DNA from: Candidatus Heimdallarchaeum aukensis
GTDB lineage: Archaea > Asgardarchaeota > Heimdallarchaeia > Heimdallarchaeales > Heimdallarchaeaceae
Length of the DNA stretch: 64,000 bases
NCBI GenBank assembly: GCA_021513695.1
Contig: CP084166.1
Coordinates: 640,001-704,000 of the forward strand
Reading direction: 5' to 3'
Shown here piece after piece: positions 50,151 through 59,948 of the stretch (position 1 is the stretch's first letter; each line of letters opens with the position of its first letter). Position numbers and translations under genes: made by a program. Below the pieces are notes generated by a model. The model was not told the DNA's origin and searched no databases. It worked only from the letters and a program-made list of their open reading frames with translations.

Positions 50151-51623
50151 TTATTCTTCTAGATCTATGGATATCTTTTCTTTGTAAACCTTGCTTTGGA
50201 TTATTTTAACTAATTGATATACACAGAATATACCGATTGCAGTTAAAATTAGAACGATTCCAACATCTGTAAGATACATATACCATGCTGACATATCTGG
50301 CCATTTAAGCATATAGAACATAACAAATCCGAAAGCAAAGGTGCTTCCAATAGTTATTCCCCAACCTAATATTTCTCTTATCCACTTCTTTTTTATCCTA
50401 ATTGAATCAATGTACATCAATAAAATCATCATTGCAGATAAAGTTGCTAAAACGTGCCAATGACCAACATTATAAGCATATTCTAGTTCAAAAGGTCCAG
50501 CTCTCACTTCATCAAGATTCAAGGCAATGTATATTCCAGGAACAGTAACAACTAGATTAACCCATATGAATAAGAAATACAATCCTGAAAGCACAGAATC
50601 TTTGAAGATTGCGAGAAATTTCTTGTAAAAGGGAGCTTCATCATACTTTTCTCCTAGAACTTTTTTAGACACTTTTCTAAAACCATCAACAATCAACACA
50701 ATAGAAGCTAAAATTAAAATCGATACTCCAACATTTATTATCATGTGTGCAGATTCAACATCAGCTGGAACTAACCACCCACCAGCATCAGTAATAAGTA
50801 TACCTGGTATTATAGCTATTTGAGCAACAAGATACCATTTTCCTTTTGTTTTTGTAAATTTAAAGGCTATAAGTAAAATAGCAGCATCAATTAAAGCCAA
50901 CATAATATGCAAGTGTGCAACTATCATTCTAACATACACTGCTTCAGGAGTAAAACCACTATGATCGATTCTCACTCTTGCTTCAGCTATAAATGCTTCA
51001 AAATTGAGTGCTGAATCTGGATTTCCAAAATTAGCACCCACAATAGCACCAAGTGTAGCTGTAACTATTAAAGATAAACCTACAAGAACTAAATTCAAAT
51101 TTTCTAGATTAATCTTTCCAATTATTGGCCCTTCTTTACTCTCAGGAAAACTCTTTGTAGGCCATACTCCAACAACAAAAGCCATTCCTGAGTACCACAC
51201 TAAGCTTAATCCTACCACAAAAAGACCATGTAAAATCATATTTTCTTGGAAAATATATGCATAAGTTAATCCGCTAACACTTGTAAGCATCGAACCGTAA
51301 AAAAGAGGCCATTTTACATGTGATTCAGCTCTTTTTCTTATTGGAAACAAGTCTAGAATAAAGAATACAACAGCTGCAAGGAAAGGCATAGCTATAGAAT
51401 GGTAAAGCATAATTATTCTTCCTACTCTTGTTTCTTCAGATAGATCAATATTAATTAAGGAAAAACCTAATATTTTCTCAACAGGTTCAGAAAAGGAACC
51501 CAAGAAAAGTATTACTAAAATCAGGTAAGCAATTATAAACGTTATAAGACCAGTATATGTTCCAAACCCATAATTGAAAATATTTTTTATTCTTAATGAC
51601 AGATTTTCTTTTGTCTCTGACAT
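50151..51623 (-). CDS. Polytopic membrane protein (about 14 transmembrane helices) with two intramembrane HxH motifs and unknown function
   Basis: VAHLHIMLAL and VGHWHVLATL in predicted helices, plus several other conserved-looking His residues. It lies immediately downstream of ctaB. Confidence 0.6.
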   Translation of the reverse strand: MSETKENLSLRIKNIFNYGFGTYTGLITFIIAYLILVILFLGSFSEPVEKILGFSLINIDLSEETRVGRIIMLYHSIAMPFLAAVVFFILDLFPIRKRAESHVKWPLFYGSMLTSVSGLTYAYIFQENMILHGLFVVGLSLVWYSGMAFVVGVWPTKSFPESKEGPIIGKINLENLNLVLVGLSLIVTATLGAIVGANFGNPDSALNFEAFIAEARVRIDHSGFTPEAVYVRMIVAHLHIMLALIDAAILLIAFKFTKTKGKWYLVAQIAIIPGILITDAGGWLVPADVESAHMIINVGVSILILASIVLIVDGFRKVSKKVLGEKYDEAPFYKKFLAIFKDSVLSGLYFLFIWVNLVVTVPGIYIALNLDEVRAGPFELEYAYNVGHWHVLATLSAMMILLMYIDSIRIKKKWIREILGWGITIGSTFAFGFVMFYMLKWPDMSAWYMYLTDVGIVLILTAIGIFCVYQLVKIIQSKVYKEKISIDLEE

Positions 51624-51852
51624 ACATTTTTTTCAATTCAACAGTTTTAAAATATTTTGCATAAAAGAAGACAAAAAATATAGTTTAGAAATTAAAAATT
51701 AGGAATCAAATATTGTTATTTTTTATTCTAAGAGTTAATTTAAGAATAAAACCTTATCAATAAATCGCCAATCAAATTCAAAATAATACGCCTAGTTCTT
51801 ACTATGAAAAAATTTATTTTTGATAATATGATTCTTTAGAAGTGATTATTTA

Positions 51853-52698
51853 ATGAAAAAAGAAAATCTTGATTTACAACTAACTAATCTTTTTTTAGAA
51901 CTAGAAAAGAAAGTAGATGAGTTTAATAAAGAAACAATAGATAGTAAAGAGATTTTAACATATTTTAAAAAATATTATTTCGAATTTTACACTTCTTTCT
52001 CTTCTAAATTTTCTTACAAAAAACTCAAAGCCAAGAAAGAAAAATTGAGAATGAATACTACTTTCACAAGAGGAGAAAAGAAGTATCTTGACTCGTTATC
52101 AATGTTAAATCAATGTCTTATTAAAATAATTTCAAAAAACCAACAAAAAATTGTCACTTTACAATATTTTGACCCAAAAATAGAATCATTAGAAAAACTA
52201 ACAGAGAACTTTGCCACGCAGAAAGAAGAATCAAATGAGGTAATATCTGTTTTAAGAACTATAACGGATTGGTTTCTCAAAAATAGAGAATATTTCAATT
52301 CATTAAATTCAGAAAAAACAGAGCTAATAATTAGGAAATTACTCTCGACATCCAATATTCTTTCAAAAGTAAGTACCCAGATAGACCTCCAATTAGAGAG
52401 AATAAAATTCCAAGACTATTTAGAGAACCTTAAAAGCAGAAGAGAAGAAATACTGAAAAAAATCATTTATGAGCGAGAGAAAATTCCTCTGCAAGAACTT
52501 TCTCCTCTTTTAGAATTCAATGATGTATTAGAACTTGAAAGATGGATATTGCATTTACCTACTAAACTTTTCAAAATTGATGATGAAATAGTTATTATCA
52601 ATAAAGATGAGCAAGATTCTGACATTGTCTCTGCTATTTCAATGTTACTTGATAAATTCCAAGAGTATGAAGAATTAGGATTAGGTAAGAAGATTTAG
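51853..52698 (+). CDS. Hypothetical helical protein that shares a C-terminal module with the downstream LRR protein
   Basis: The C-terminus ...LLEFNDVLELERWILHLPTKLFKIDDEIVIINKD aligns with ...FLGFDELIDLENWILGLNLNNVTIKGNYLLIDQS of the next gene. Confidence 0.55.
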   Translation: MKKENLDLQLTNLFLELEKKVDEFNKETIDSKEILTYFKKYYFEFYTSFSSKFSYKKLKAKKEKLRMNTTFTRGEKKYLDSLSMLNQCLIKIISKNQQKIVTLQYFDPKIESLEKLTENFATQKEESNEVISVLRTITDWFLKNREYFNSLNSEKTELIIRKLLSTSNILSKVSTQIDLQLERIKFQDYLENLKSRREEILKKIIYEREKIPLQELSPLLEFNDVLELERWILHLPTKLFKIDDEIVIINKDEQDSDIVSAISMLLDKFQEYEELGLGKKI

Positions 52699-52707
52699 GT
52701 GATAGAG

Positions 52708-53637
52708 ATGAAAATCAAACTTAACACTATAAAAGGAGAAAAAGAAATATCTCTGAAAAAAAATCAGCATATAATTGATCTTTCGAATATGAATCTTTTA
52801 ACTATAAATTTAGATTTTTTGGAAGAATTACCAAATGTTGAAGCAATAAACCTGTCAAATAACAGTTTATCCAGGTTAGATTTAACCCCAATAGAAAACT
52901 GTTCTAACTTATCTTCTCTACGTTTATCTAATAATAATTTAGTCAAAATTAGACTAGAACCGCTAAGAAATTGTCCCAATCTCGAGATATTAGATTTATC
53001 AAACAATCAGCTTACAGAAATCGATTTATCTCCTATTATATCTTGTACTATGATCAAATCTCTTAATCTATCTTTCAATAAGTTAGAGTCTATAGATCTT
53101 TCTCCTCTTTCTCTTTTCCCTAATCTACGAACGCTTAATATTTCCAATAATAGACTTACCTTCGTCAACTTAAAAAAGATAGTTTTCTGCATTGCACTCA
53201 AAGAGCTAGATATTTCAAACAATAATTTCAGAACTTTAGATTTAACTCCAATTTTTGGTTTTAGAAATTTGGTTCGTTTATACTTATCTGAAAATGAAAA
53301 AAAAGTAGCTGACTGGGATGTTTCCTACTTAAAATATCAACAATTGTCAAGTGGTTTAAGATATTATTTTCAAGAGATTAAAAAACAAAACCTGAAAGTT
53401 CAAAGAAATGATATTTTCAAGAAAGTACTAGAAAAATACATATCAATCAGGCTTTCAAAACTAGCCATATTTCTCGGATTCGATGAATTAATAGATTTAG
53501 AAAATTGGATTTTGGGTTTAAATTTGAATAATGTCACCATAAAAGGGAATTATTTGCTGATAGATCAATCAGTTTATGTTGACATAGATAAGGAAATGAA
53601 TAAATTAATGCAAAGTTTTGACGGGTTAAATAGATAA
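52708..53637 (+). CDS. Leucine-rich repeat (LRR) protein
   Basis: Eight or more tandem 22-24-aa LRRs (LxxLxLSNNxLxxIDLSPIxxC). The C-terminal module is described above. The ATG at 52708 is preferred over the GTG at 52699. Confidence 0.8.
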   Translation: MKIKLNTIKGEKEISLKKNQHIIDLSNMNLLTINLDFLEELPNVEAINLSNNSLSRLDLTPIENCSNLSSLRLSNNNLVKIRLEPLRNCPNLEILDLSNNQLTEIDLSPIISCTMIKSLNLSFNKLESIDLSPLSLFPNLRTLNISNNRLTFVNLKKIVFCIALKELDISNNNFRTLDLTPIFGFRNLVRLYLSENEKKVADWDVSYLKYQQLSSGLRYYFQEIKKQNLKVQRNDIFKKVLEKYISIRLSKLAIFLGFDELIDLENWILGLNLNNVTIKGNYLLIDQSVYVDIDKEMNKLMQSFDGLNR

Positions 53638-53700
53638 CAGATAAACTATTTAGTGAATGAAAATTTTTATTTGGAGTTTGAAAGAAAAGTAAAGATTTTC

Positions 53701-53952
53701 TTAATTTTCTTTTAAAGAATAAATTAACTTTAATTTTTCCATAGCTTCTTGAATAGGCAATTCTCTGAGTTTTGAAGCTTGCTCTAAATGTTCATTACAA
53801 AACCATTCTGCATTTATTGGATGACCAACCTTTCCTTCTCTTTCCATTTTTTTATTCCATTCTTTAACTTCCTCAGTTTCTTTGAAATAGATTATATCTC
53901 CAGTTCCTGGTGAAAATCTCTTTCCACAGATAACACAAATTGGGGGTTTCAT
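53701..53952 (-). CDS. Small zinc-ribbon-like protein
   Basis: MKPPICVICGKRF...WFCNEHL gives CxxC...CxxH. The protein is 83 aa. Confidence 0.4.
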   Translation of the reverse strand: MKPPICVICGKRFSPGTGDIIYFKETEEVKEWNKKMEREGKVGHPINAEWFCNEHLEQASKLRELPIQEAMEKLKLIYSLKEN

Positions 53953-54126
53953 TAGAAATAAACAATTATCGTTCTTTAAAAAATTATCTTATTTTTTAGA
54001 TAATCAAAACAAATTTTCTTCTTTTTTTTCACAGACACTAGTTTTTAATTATAATATATCTAATTAGCATCTCCTAATACGGTTATGTTTAAATAATTTA
54101 GACTAACCTTATTTTTTTAGATAAAA

Positions 54127-54372
54127 ATGGAAAATATTATCGAAGCAAAGGATATTACAAAAACTTACAACGGAAAAACAATTCTGAATAAACTTTCATT
54201 TCAAGTCAAAAAAGGAGAATTATTCACATTAATTGGCCATAACGGTGCAGGAAAAACAACTCTTTTCAAGATTCTTACAGGACAAATTAAACAAGATAGT
54301 GGTACAGCAAGAATCTTTGATACTAATGTTGAATCGCAATTAAAGAGTAAGTATAAATTACGTATCAGCTAT
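54127..54372 (+). pseudogene. ABC transporter ATP-binding protein, N-terminal fragment interrupted by an IS insertion
   Basis: Walker A GHNGAGKTT ... RISY, then sequence unrelated to ABC ATPases. The conserved continuation VPQADLLWDNLTIKEN reappears at 56217. Confidence 0.8.
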
Positions 54373-56216
54373 GATTTACTTTTTTACGTAAAGTTTTTCG
54401 CACTCTGTCTTGCAAGAGAGAAAACTAAAGGAAGTTTAATCTCTTGAACTCAACCAAGCCATACAATGCCATGAAGGGGTTGAGACAGACATCATACACG
54501 AAACGTGGGAATCATAAAGAAGAATAGAAAGTTTTTCTTTCTTTTCTTCACTCCACGAGAGACAAAAAAAAGAATTACTCCTATAATAGAGAAGGAGTTA
54601 CTTTCCTTTTTGTCTACTGGGACTGCAACCAATGGCTGAGCCCTCGGCAAACAGTGAAATGGGAAGAACTGAACCTTTGACCAGTGAGGTAATCAGTGAT
54701 AGTTGTTCCTCGAGGACGAAAAAGATCTCCAAGGAACTTACGAGCGATATTCATTGCTCCTGTGAGGTCAGAGTGGAAAGTGTAATTGCAAGAGGAGCAA
54801 TGAACTAAACCTCTTACTGGACGGATAACTTTCCTTCCACAACGAGCACAGTGAGAAGATGTCCCTCTTTCATTCATTGTTAATATTCGGTGAGGTTCAA
54901 AACCTCGAAGTATCAATGCCCGACGGAGAAGAGCAAGAATAAGAGAAAAGTTCCACCGATGAAGTTTCCTGCGAAACTTACGAGTACTTTTACCTTTTCC
55001 TTTCTCCTCACGAACATGTTTAGGATAACCTACAACGACGAAAAGGTCATATATTCGCGCATAAGTCTCTATCGTCTGCACGATGTCGCTTACAAATTGG
55101 TAAATATAGGCTCGTTTAACGTTTCTATATCTTCTTCGGAGGAGACTAAGAAAACGATAAACTTGGTGTTTTTTACCCGACTGGTCATTTAAAGCCGCTT
55201 TCCTCTGAAGACGGGAAAGTTTGAGTTTATATCGATGATTGACTCTATTCCACTGTTTGGTATACCAGAACTTTATCTCTTTGTTTGTTAATTTCTTTTT
55301 AGGGGTCAGTAACACTCCTGTAGCAGGAATGTTTATCCCTATATCTATTCCCAGCACAGCTGGGGGAAGAGAAGAAGAACTTTTTTCTTCAGGAGGATAA
55401 AAAGAAGAAGGAAGAACTTTTAATTGGAAATACACCCACCACTCACGTGTAGAACGTTTATATCTTAGTTCTAGACTTTTTATTCTTCCTTTCTTTAACT
55501 CCTTCTGGTGGAAATCACTCATCTCTAAAGGTAACCATATTTTCTGATGATAAGGGGTGTTTCTTTTCCACGTATCTAACGAGTCTCTTATCCCCACCCA
55601 CCAACGAGTGAGAGTGTTATTCTTCTCTTTTGGTAGATGAACGAGAATGAACCTCTTTGCATTAATTAGTTGTTTTCTAGCTCTCTTTATTGGAGGACGA
55701 GTATTGTTAGGCCTATACCCTTGTTCATATAGTTGCACGCCTATATCTCTACATTCTTGGAATTCATTGTGAGAACAATAAAGGAACATTTTCTTAAGAT
55801 CGTGAGGAACAGTCTTTCTTCTCTCTTCTTCTTTAACTTTTGAAGTAGTTAGCGTCAGTTCATCTAGTTTTCCTCTATGTACTCTTATTTTCCCTCTCTT
55901 AGTTTTAGTACATATTTTTCCTCTGTTATGATGTATTATTCTCACATACTTCTCTATTATCCTCGTGTCTCTCCCCGTTATTCTCCTTAACTTTTCCTTC
56001 TTCCTCGTCGTCAATACCTCATTCTTTATTCTCACTTTCAAGGTTTTGACGACGTCCTCCATCTTTCTCTTTTCTCCTTCTTTCCTCTTTTTTTGTTTCT
56101 TCTTCTCTTTTTTATTCTACTTTTTTTCCCTATAAAAACCCCTCCCCTTCTTCTCTTCCCTTTTTTCTCTCTACATCTTCCTCAACAATTATAAATTACG
56201 CAAAAAATAGACGCAT
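54373..56216 (-). mobile_element. IS200/IS605-family element carrying only tnpB (IS1341-like) inserted into an ABC ATPase gene. It is GC-rich relative to the host
   Basis: Joining 54372 to 56217 restores a perfect ABC ATPase reading frame (..RISY|VPQADLLW..). The 1844-bp insert carries only tnpB. GC content is clearly higher than the flanks. Confidence 0.8.
54614..56062 (-). CDS. tnpB: TnpB (OMEGA) RuvC-like RNA-guided endonuclease
   Basis: RuvC-I AVLGIDIGINIPATGV. RuvC-III plus zinc finger NERGTSSHCARCG...HCSSCNYTFHSDLTGAMNIARKF. The protein is 482 aa. Confidence 0.85.
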   Translation of the reverse strand: MEDVVKTLKVRIKNEVLTTRKKEKLRRITGRDTRIIEKYVRIIHHNRGKICTKTKRGKIRVHRGKLDELTLTTSKVKEEERRKTVPHDLKKMFLYCSHNEFQECRDIGVQLYEQGYRPNNTRPPIKRARKQLINAKRFILVHLPKEKNNTLTRWWVGIRDSLDTWKRNTPYHQKIWLPLEMSDFHQKELKKGRIKSLELRYKRSTREWWVYFQLKVLPSSFYPPEEKSSSSLPPAVLGIDIGINIPATGVLLTPKKKLTNKEIKFWYTKQWNRVNHRYKLKLSRLQRKAALNDQSGKKHQVYRFLSLLRRRYRNVKRAYIYQFVSDIVQTIETYARIYDLFVVVGYPKHVREEKGKGKSTRKFRRKLHRWNFSLILALLRRALILRGFEPHRILTMNERGTSSHCARCGRKVIRPVRGLVHCSSCNYTFHSDLTGAMNIARKFLGDLFRPRGTTITDYLTGQRFSSSHFTVCRGLSHWLQSQ

Positions 56217-56951
56217 GTTCCACAAGCAGATCTTCTTTGGGATAATCTAACTATAAAAGAAAACATCTCTCTAATGGGTAATCTTTATGGATTAAAGAAA
56301 GCACAAATTGAAGAAAAAGCAAACAAATTTCTTACTGATTTTAATTTGGTTGAACATCAAAAAAAACTTGCTGATAAACTGTCTGGAGGTATGAAAAAGA
56401 AATTATCAATTGCTATGTCTTTGATGAATGATCCATTACTTCTATTTTTAGATGAACCAACTACAGGACTTGATGTTGAAGCAAGAACTTTGTTAATTGA
56501 AGATTTGAAAAGGCTGAAAGAAGAAGGAATAACCATTATTCTTACTACCCATTTAATGGAAGTAGCAGAATCACTAGCGTCAAAAGTTTTAATCATCGAC
56601 AAAGGACAAGTAGTTGCATTTGGAACAGTAGAGAATATAATTAATGAATCTATAGGTGATAAAATCCTCCAAGTAGGATTAATCAAAAGAAATAATGAAT
56701 TTGAAGATTTTATTGAAAAAGAAATCAAACATTCAAAAGAAGTCGATTATATTCAAATCAAACAAACATTTTTCTTCAAGGGAGAAAAGTTACCAGAACT
56801 TATACAAGTAATTTCTTCTTCTGAATTTATTAAAGACATCTATGAAATTAACATTAAAAAAAGTTCTCTAAAGGAAGCTTTTCTCTTTATTACTCATAAA
56901 ATTTACAAGAATGGGAATAACTTTAATTCTTTACTGGAGGTTCAAAAATGA
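56217..56951 (+). pseudogene. ABC transporter ATP-binding protein, C-terminal fragment separated from its N-terminal part by the tnpB element
   Basis: VPQADLLWDNLTIKEN..., signature LSGGMKKKLSIA, Walker B LLFLDEPTTGLD, H-loop TTHLMEV. The annotated ATG at 56274 is internal. Confidence 0.8.
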
Positions 56952-58354
56952 TCTTATACCTTACTCTTATTCGAATAAAACAGATAATCAGAGAAAAGGA
57001 ATTTTACTTTTATGTAATAGTTTTTCCATTATTCTTCTTAATTCTATTTGGTTTTCTTAGTTCAAGCTGGGTACAAACAACAACAACTATTCCTATTGGA
57101 TACATTTCTGAAGATTTAGGAATTAGTGATGATATCCTTAACGAAACAATAATGTTTGATGAAGCATTCTACAATTTCTTGAACAAACACCACTTAGAAA
57201 ATAATATCAAAACTTTCGAGATACATAATTATACAGAAGTAAATTCTTTGGAAAATGATATCAACAATAGAATTATCGATGGAGGAATAGTAATTCCTTT
57301 CGATTTTTCAGAACAAATGCTTAACATATCAAGGTTTTACAGTTCTCTTATTCTAGTTAATTTCCTTGGGAGTCAATTTAATACTTATGCTTCAGAATCT
57401 GCTAATATTTCTGCAGCTATTAACTCTCTTTCATCTCATCTTCAAGGAACAGCTAATTTATCTTTACTTTTCTATGGTGATATAACAATCGACACAGCTA
57501 TGACTTCTTATTCTGTTCTTTGGCAAGTGATAAACGACTATGTTCAAAACACAACTCTTTCTTACACTGAAAAGATTTGGAAGGTTATTAAGAATGAATT
57601 CGATCTATCTTTCAATTTCTCTTCTACAAGTAATGATTCTTCGCAAAACTCTATAACCTATAGTATTATCGTAGTTGATTCTGGAACAGGAGAATTAGTT
57701 ACCAACTTCAGAAAAGAATATATTTCCAATATCCTTCCAGGTCAAATTATACAAAGCATCCTAATGTCTTCAATCTCTGTAATATGGTTGACTGAAATGG
57801 AAGAACGAAAAGAAATTTTAAAACGATTAAAATTGACTAAACTTACTGCTGGAGGATATATAGGAAGTATAATTCTCGCATGGGGAACTATTGCTTTACT
57901 TCAAGGTTTATTTTTGATTACTGTTTCTGCTGTGCTTGGATTCTTCAGTTTTTCTGTTGGTCCATTAGCTTGGTTGATGACTATTTTGACCTTAGTTTTT
58001 CTAGGTTTCATTACTGCAACTATTTCTTTACTTGTGACAAGTTTCATTAAACCTCGAACGGCAACTCCAATATTAGTTCTTTCTAGTACTGTTCTGGCTA
58101 TGTTTGTAGGAGAATATTTCTTTCAAGTTAAACCTGCTTTTACTTTTGCAAAGAAAAACTTTACTTGGTTAGACATATTTCCTGTTCGACCAGCTTTCCT
58201 TGTTATGAAGAATGCTCTATTATTAGGAAAAAATGGAGACATCACTATTTTGCTTTTTGACTTTGCTCTTGTTGTTTTATGGACAATTTTAATATTTGCC
58301 ATAAGTAGTTTCGCTTTTAGCAAACTAAAACTCAAATATATAGAAAAAGAATGA
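56948..58354 (+). CDS. ABC-2 family transporter permease (partner of the disrupted ATPase)
   Basis: N-terminal transmembrane helix, large external domain, five C-terminal transmembrane helices. The start overlaps the ATPase stop (ATGA). Confidence 0.75.
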   Translation: MILYLTLIRIKQIIREKEFYFYVIVFPLFFLILFGFLSSSWVQTTTTIPIGYISEDLGISDDILNETIMFDEAFYNFLNKHHLENNIKTFEIHNYTEVNSLENDINNRIIDGGIVIPFDFSEQMLNISRFYSSLILVNFLGSQFNTYASESANISAAINSLSSHLQGTANLSLLFYGDITIDTAMTSYSVLWQVINDYVQNTTLSYTEKIWKVIKNEFDLSFNFSSTSNDSSQNSITYSIIVVDSGTGELVTNFRKEYISNILPGQIIQSILMSSISVIWLTEMEERKEILKRLKLTKLTAGGYIGSIILAWGTIALLQGLFLITVSAVLGFFSFSVGPLAWLMTILTLVFLGFITATISLLVTSFIKPRTATPILVLSSTVLAMFVGEYFFQVKPAFTFAKKNFTWLDIFPVRPAFLVMKNALLLGKNGDITILLFDFALVVLWTILIFAISSFAFSKLKLKYIEKE

Positions 58355-58368
58355 GAAATTCTTTTCTA

Positions 58369-59277
58369 TTATATCTTTTTTTGACTTTTTTCTTTTGAAA
58401 CAATTAATAACAAAATTCCAAGAACAATTAGCATTAGAGAAAAACTTAAACCCATTTTATTTGCAAACGACATTGTTTCCCACTCTCTTAAAAACAGAAC
58501 TGCATAAATTGTAGGAAATATGAGAACTGAAGAGTGGTAAATTGGAACTATTACAATCGCTTTAGCTTTTTGGTAAGAAATTTGCATTAGAATTGTTGCT
58601 ATGTTTGCTAGTAACATATTTAGTCCTCCTAAAAGCCAGAATTTAAAATCTGTTACATCGATTGAAATTGGTATAGAAAAGTATATACTCCAACCTTTCA
58701 TGTTAATTATTGCAAGCGACATTAATATCCCAGCAGTTAATGTGTTTGGTACTCCACTATATACAGAACTGAATTTGACTACAATTTCAAAAACAAGCAG
58801 TATTGTAGCAATAAAAAAGAGAATTAATTGAAAAATAACAGAAGGTTGATAAACATAAAGATTCCAAAACTCATCTATTGATGATTGAGTATAAGTTTGA
58901 GAAGAAAAAAAGCTAGATACAACTACTCCAACTATAATTAAAAGAAAGCTTACGATCTCTTTTACATTCATTTTCTCTTTTAGGATTAAATAAGAGAAAA
59001 TTGATAAAAAAACTAAACCAGAACCATTAATACTAGCTATTAACAAAATGTTTCCGTAAGAGTATGCAAATATTGCTGCAGGTACAGAAAAGGTAGTAAA
59101 CAGTAGTCCTAATAACCATACAGGGTTAGTGAAAAAGTTCTTTATTGTTTTCCTAATTCTCGTCTTTTCAATTGGCTCCATTGTCTCAGTAGCTTTTTTT
59201 TGTAAAACATAACCTAGCATAACAGAAGCGTTTCCAGCTAAAGCTATTGGGATTGCCAAGAGCGAAACATTAATCAC
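58369..59277 (-). CDS. EamA/DMT-like membrane protein
   Basis: About 10 transmembrane helices in two repeated halves. Confidence 0.55.
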   Translation of the reverse strand: MINVSLLAIPIALAGNASVMLGYVLQKKATETMEPIEKTRIRKTIKNFFTNPVWLLGLLFTTFSVPAAIFAYSYGNILLIASINGSGLVFLSIFSYLILKEKMNVKEIVSFLLIIVGVVVSSFFSSQTYTQSSIDEFWNLYVYQPSVIFQLILFFIATILLVFEIVVKFSSVYSGVPNTLTAGILMSLAIINMKGWSIYFSIPISIDVTDFKFWLLGGLNMLLANIATILMQISYQKAKAIVIVPIYHSSVLIFPTIYAVLFLREWETMSFANKMGLSFSLMLIVLGILLLIVSKEKSQKKI

Positions 59278-59336
59278 AAAGAAATTATAGGTTTTAAAGA
59301 ATAAAAATTTTTGTAAAGTTCAAGACTCTTTCAAAA

Positions 59337-59609
59337 TTAAGATAATGCTTTTTTCATAATCGCTACAAGCGTTGACCAACCAAATGATTTTGCTCTTATT
59401 CTATCACCTGTATAAGGATTATAGAATTCTTTAATACCACTTTTCTTTACTAAATCCAAAGTCTTTGTTGCTAGTTTGTTAGCTAAATCCAATTCATTTT
59501 GTTCTTTCAAACCCAACCAAATTAGAAAATTTGTATTGACCCATGCATTTCTACAATCCTTCATTTCCTTCAAATATGGCGGCAAAGCGAGAGTTAATCT
59601 TAGGGGCAC
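59337..59609 (-). pseudogene. C-terminal remnant of an (alpha/alpha)6-barrel glycoside hydrolase (GH63/GH15/GH37-like)
   Basis: The 90-aa ORF ends in KEFYNPYTGDRIRAKSFGWSTLVAIM, the typical C-terminal motif of debranching/glucosidase-type hydrolases. There is a stop three codons upstream of its GTG and no N-terminal catalytic region. Confidence 0.45.
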
Positions 59610-59948
59610 GTAATTCTTTTATCTTATCGATAATTTTTATCAAATAATCATATTTTAAGCCATTTTATCATTGCTCTAGTTGTTTTTGTCCCTTAAATGT
59701 TTTTACAATCAAATTAAGTTTTAATTAACATGTTGGCAAAATTAGTTAATGCTTAAGCAATATAGTATCAGACAAAAAGAAGTTTAAGAGTAAAAAATTT
59801 GGTTGATATAGGTTGTTTAGAATGTTTTTTACTTAATACACAAGGAGCAAGATAACTTCATATTTTTGTATAAAAATTAATCTAATGAAACTAAGAAGCA
59901 TTTTTTAAATTAAGAAATAAATTTTTATTTAGTGAAGAGAACGTTAGT

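Noticed and set aside
56062-56216. A roughly 150-nt C/T-only tract, initially considered as a possible repeat array or CRISPR-like feature
   Set aside because: It has no regular repeat-spacer periodicity. It lies between the tnpB start and the element boundary and is best explained as low-complexity left-end or 5' UTR sequence of the IS.
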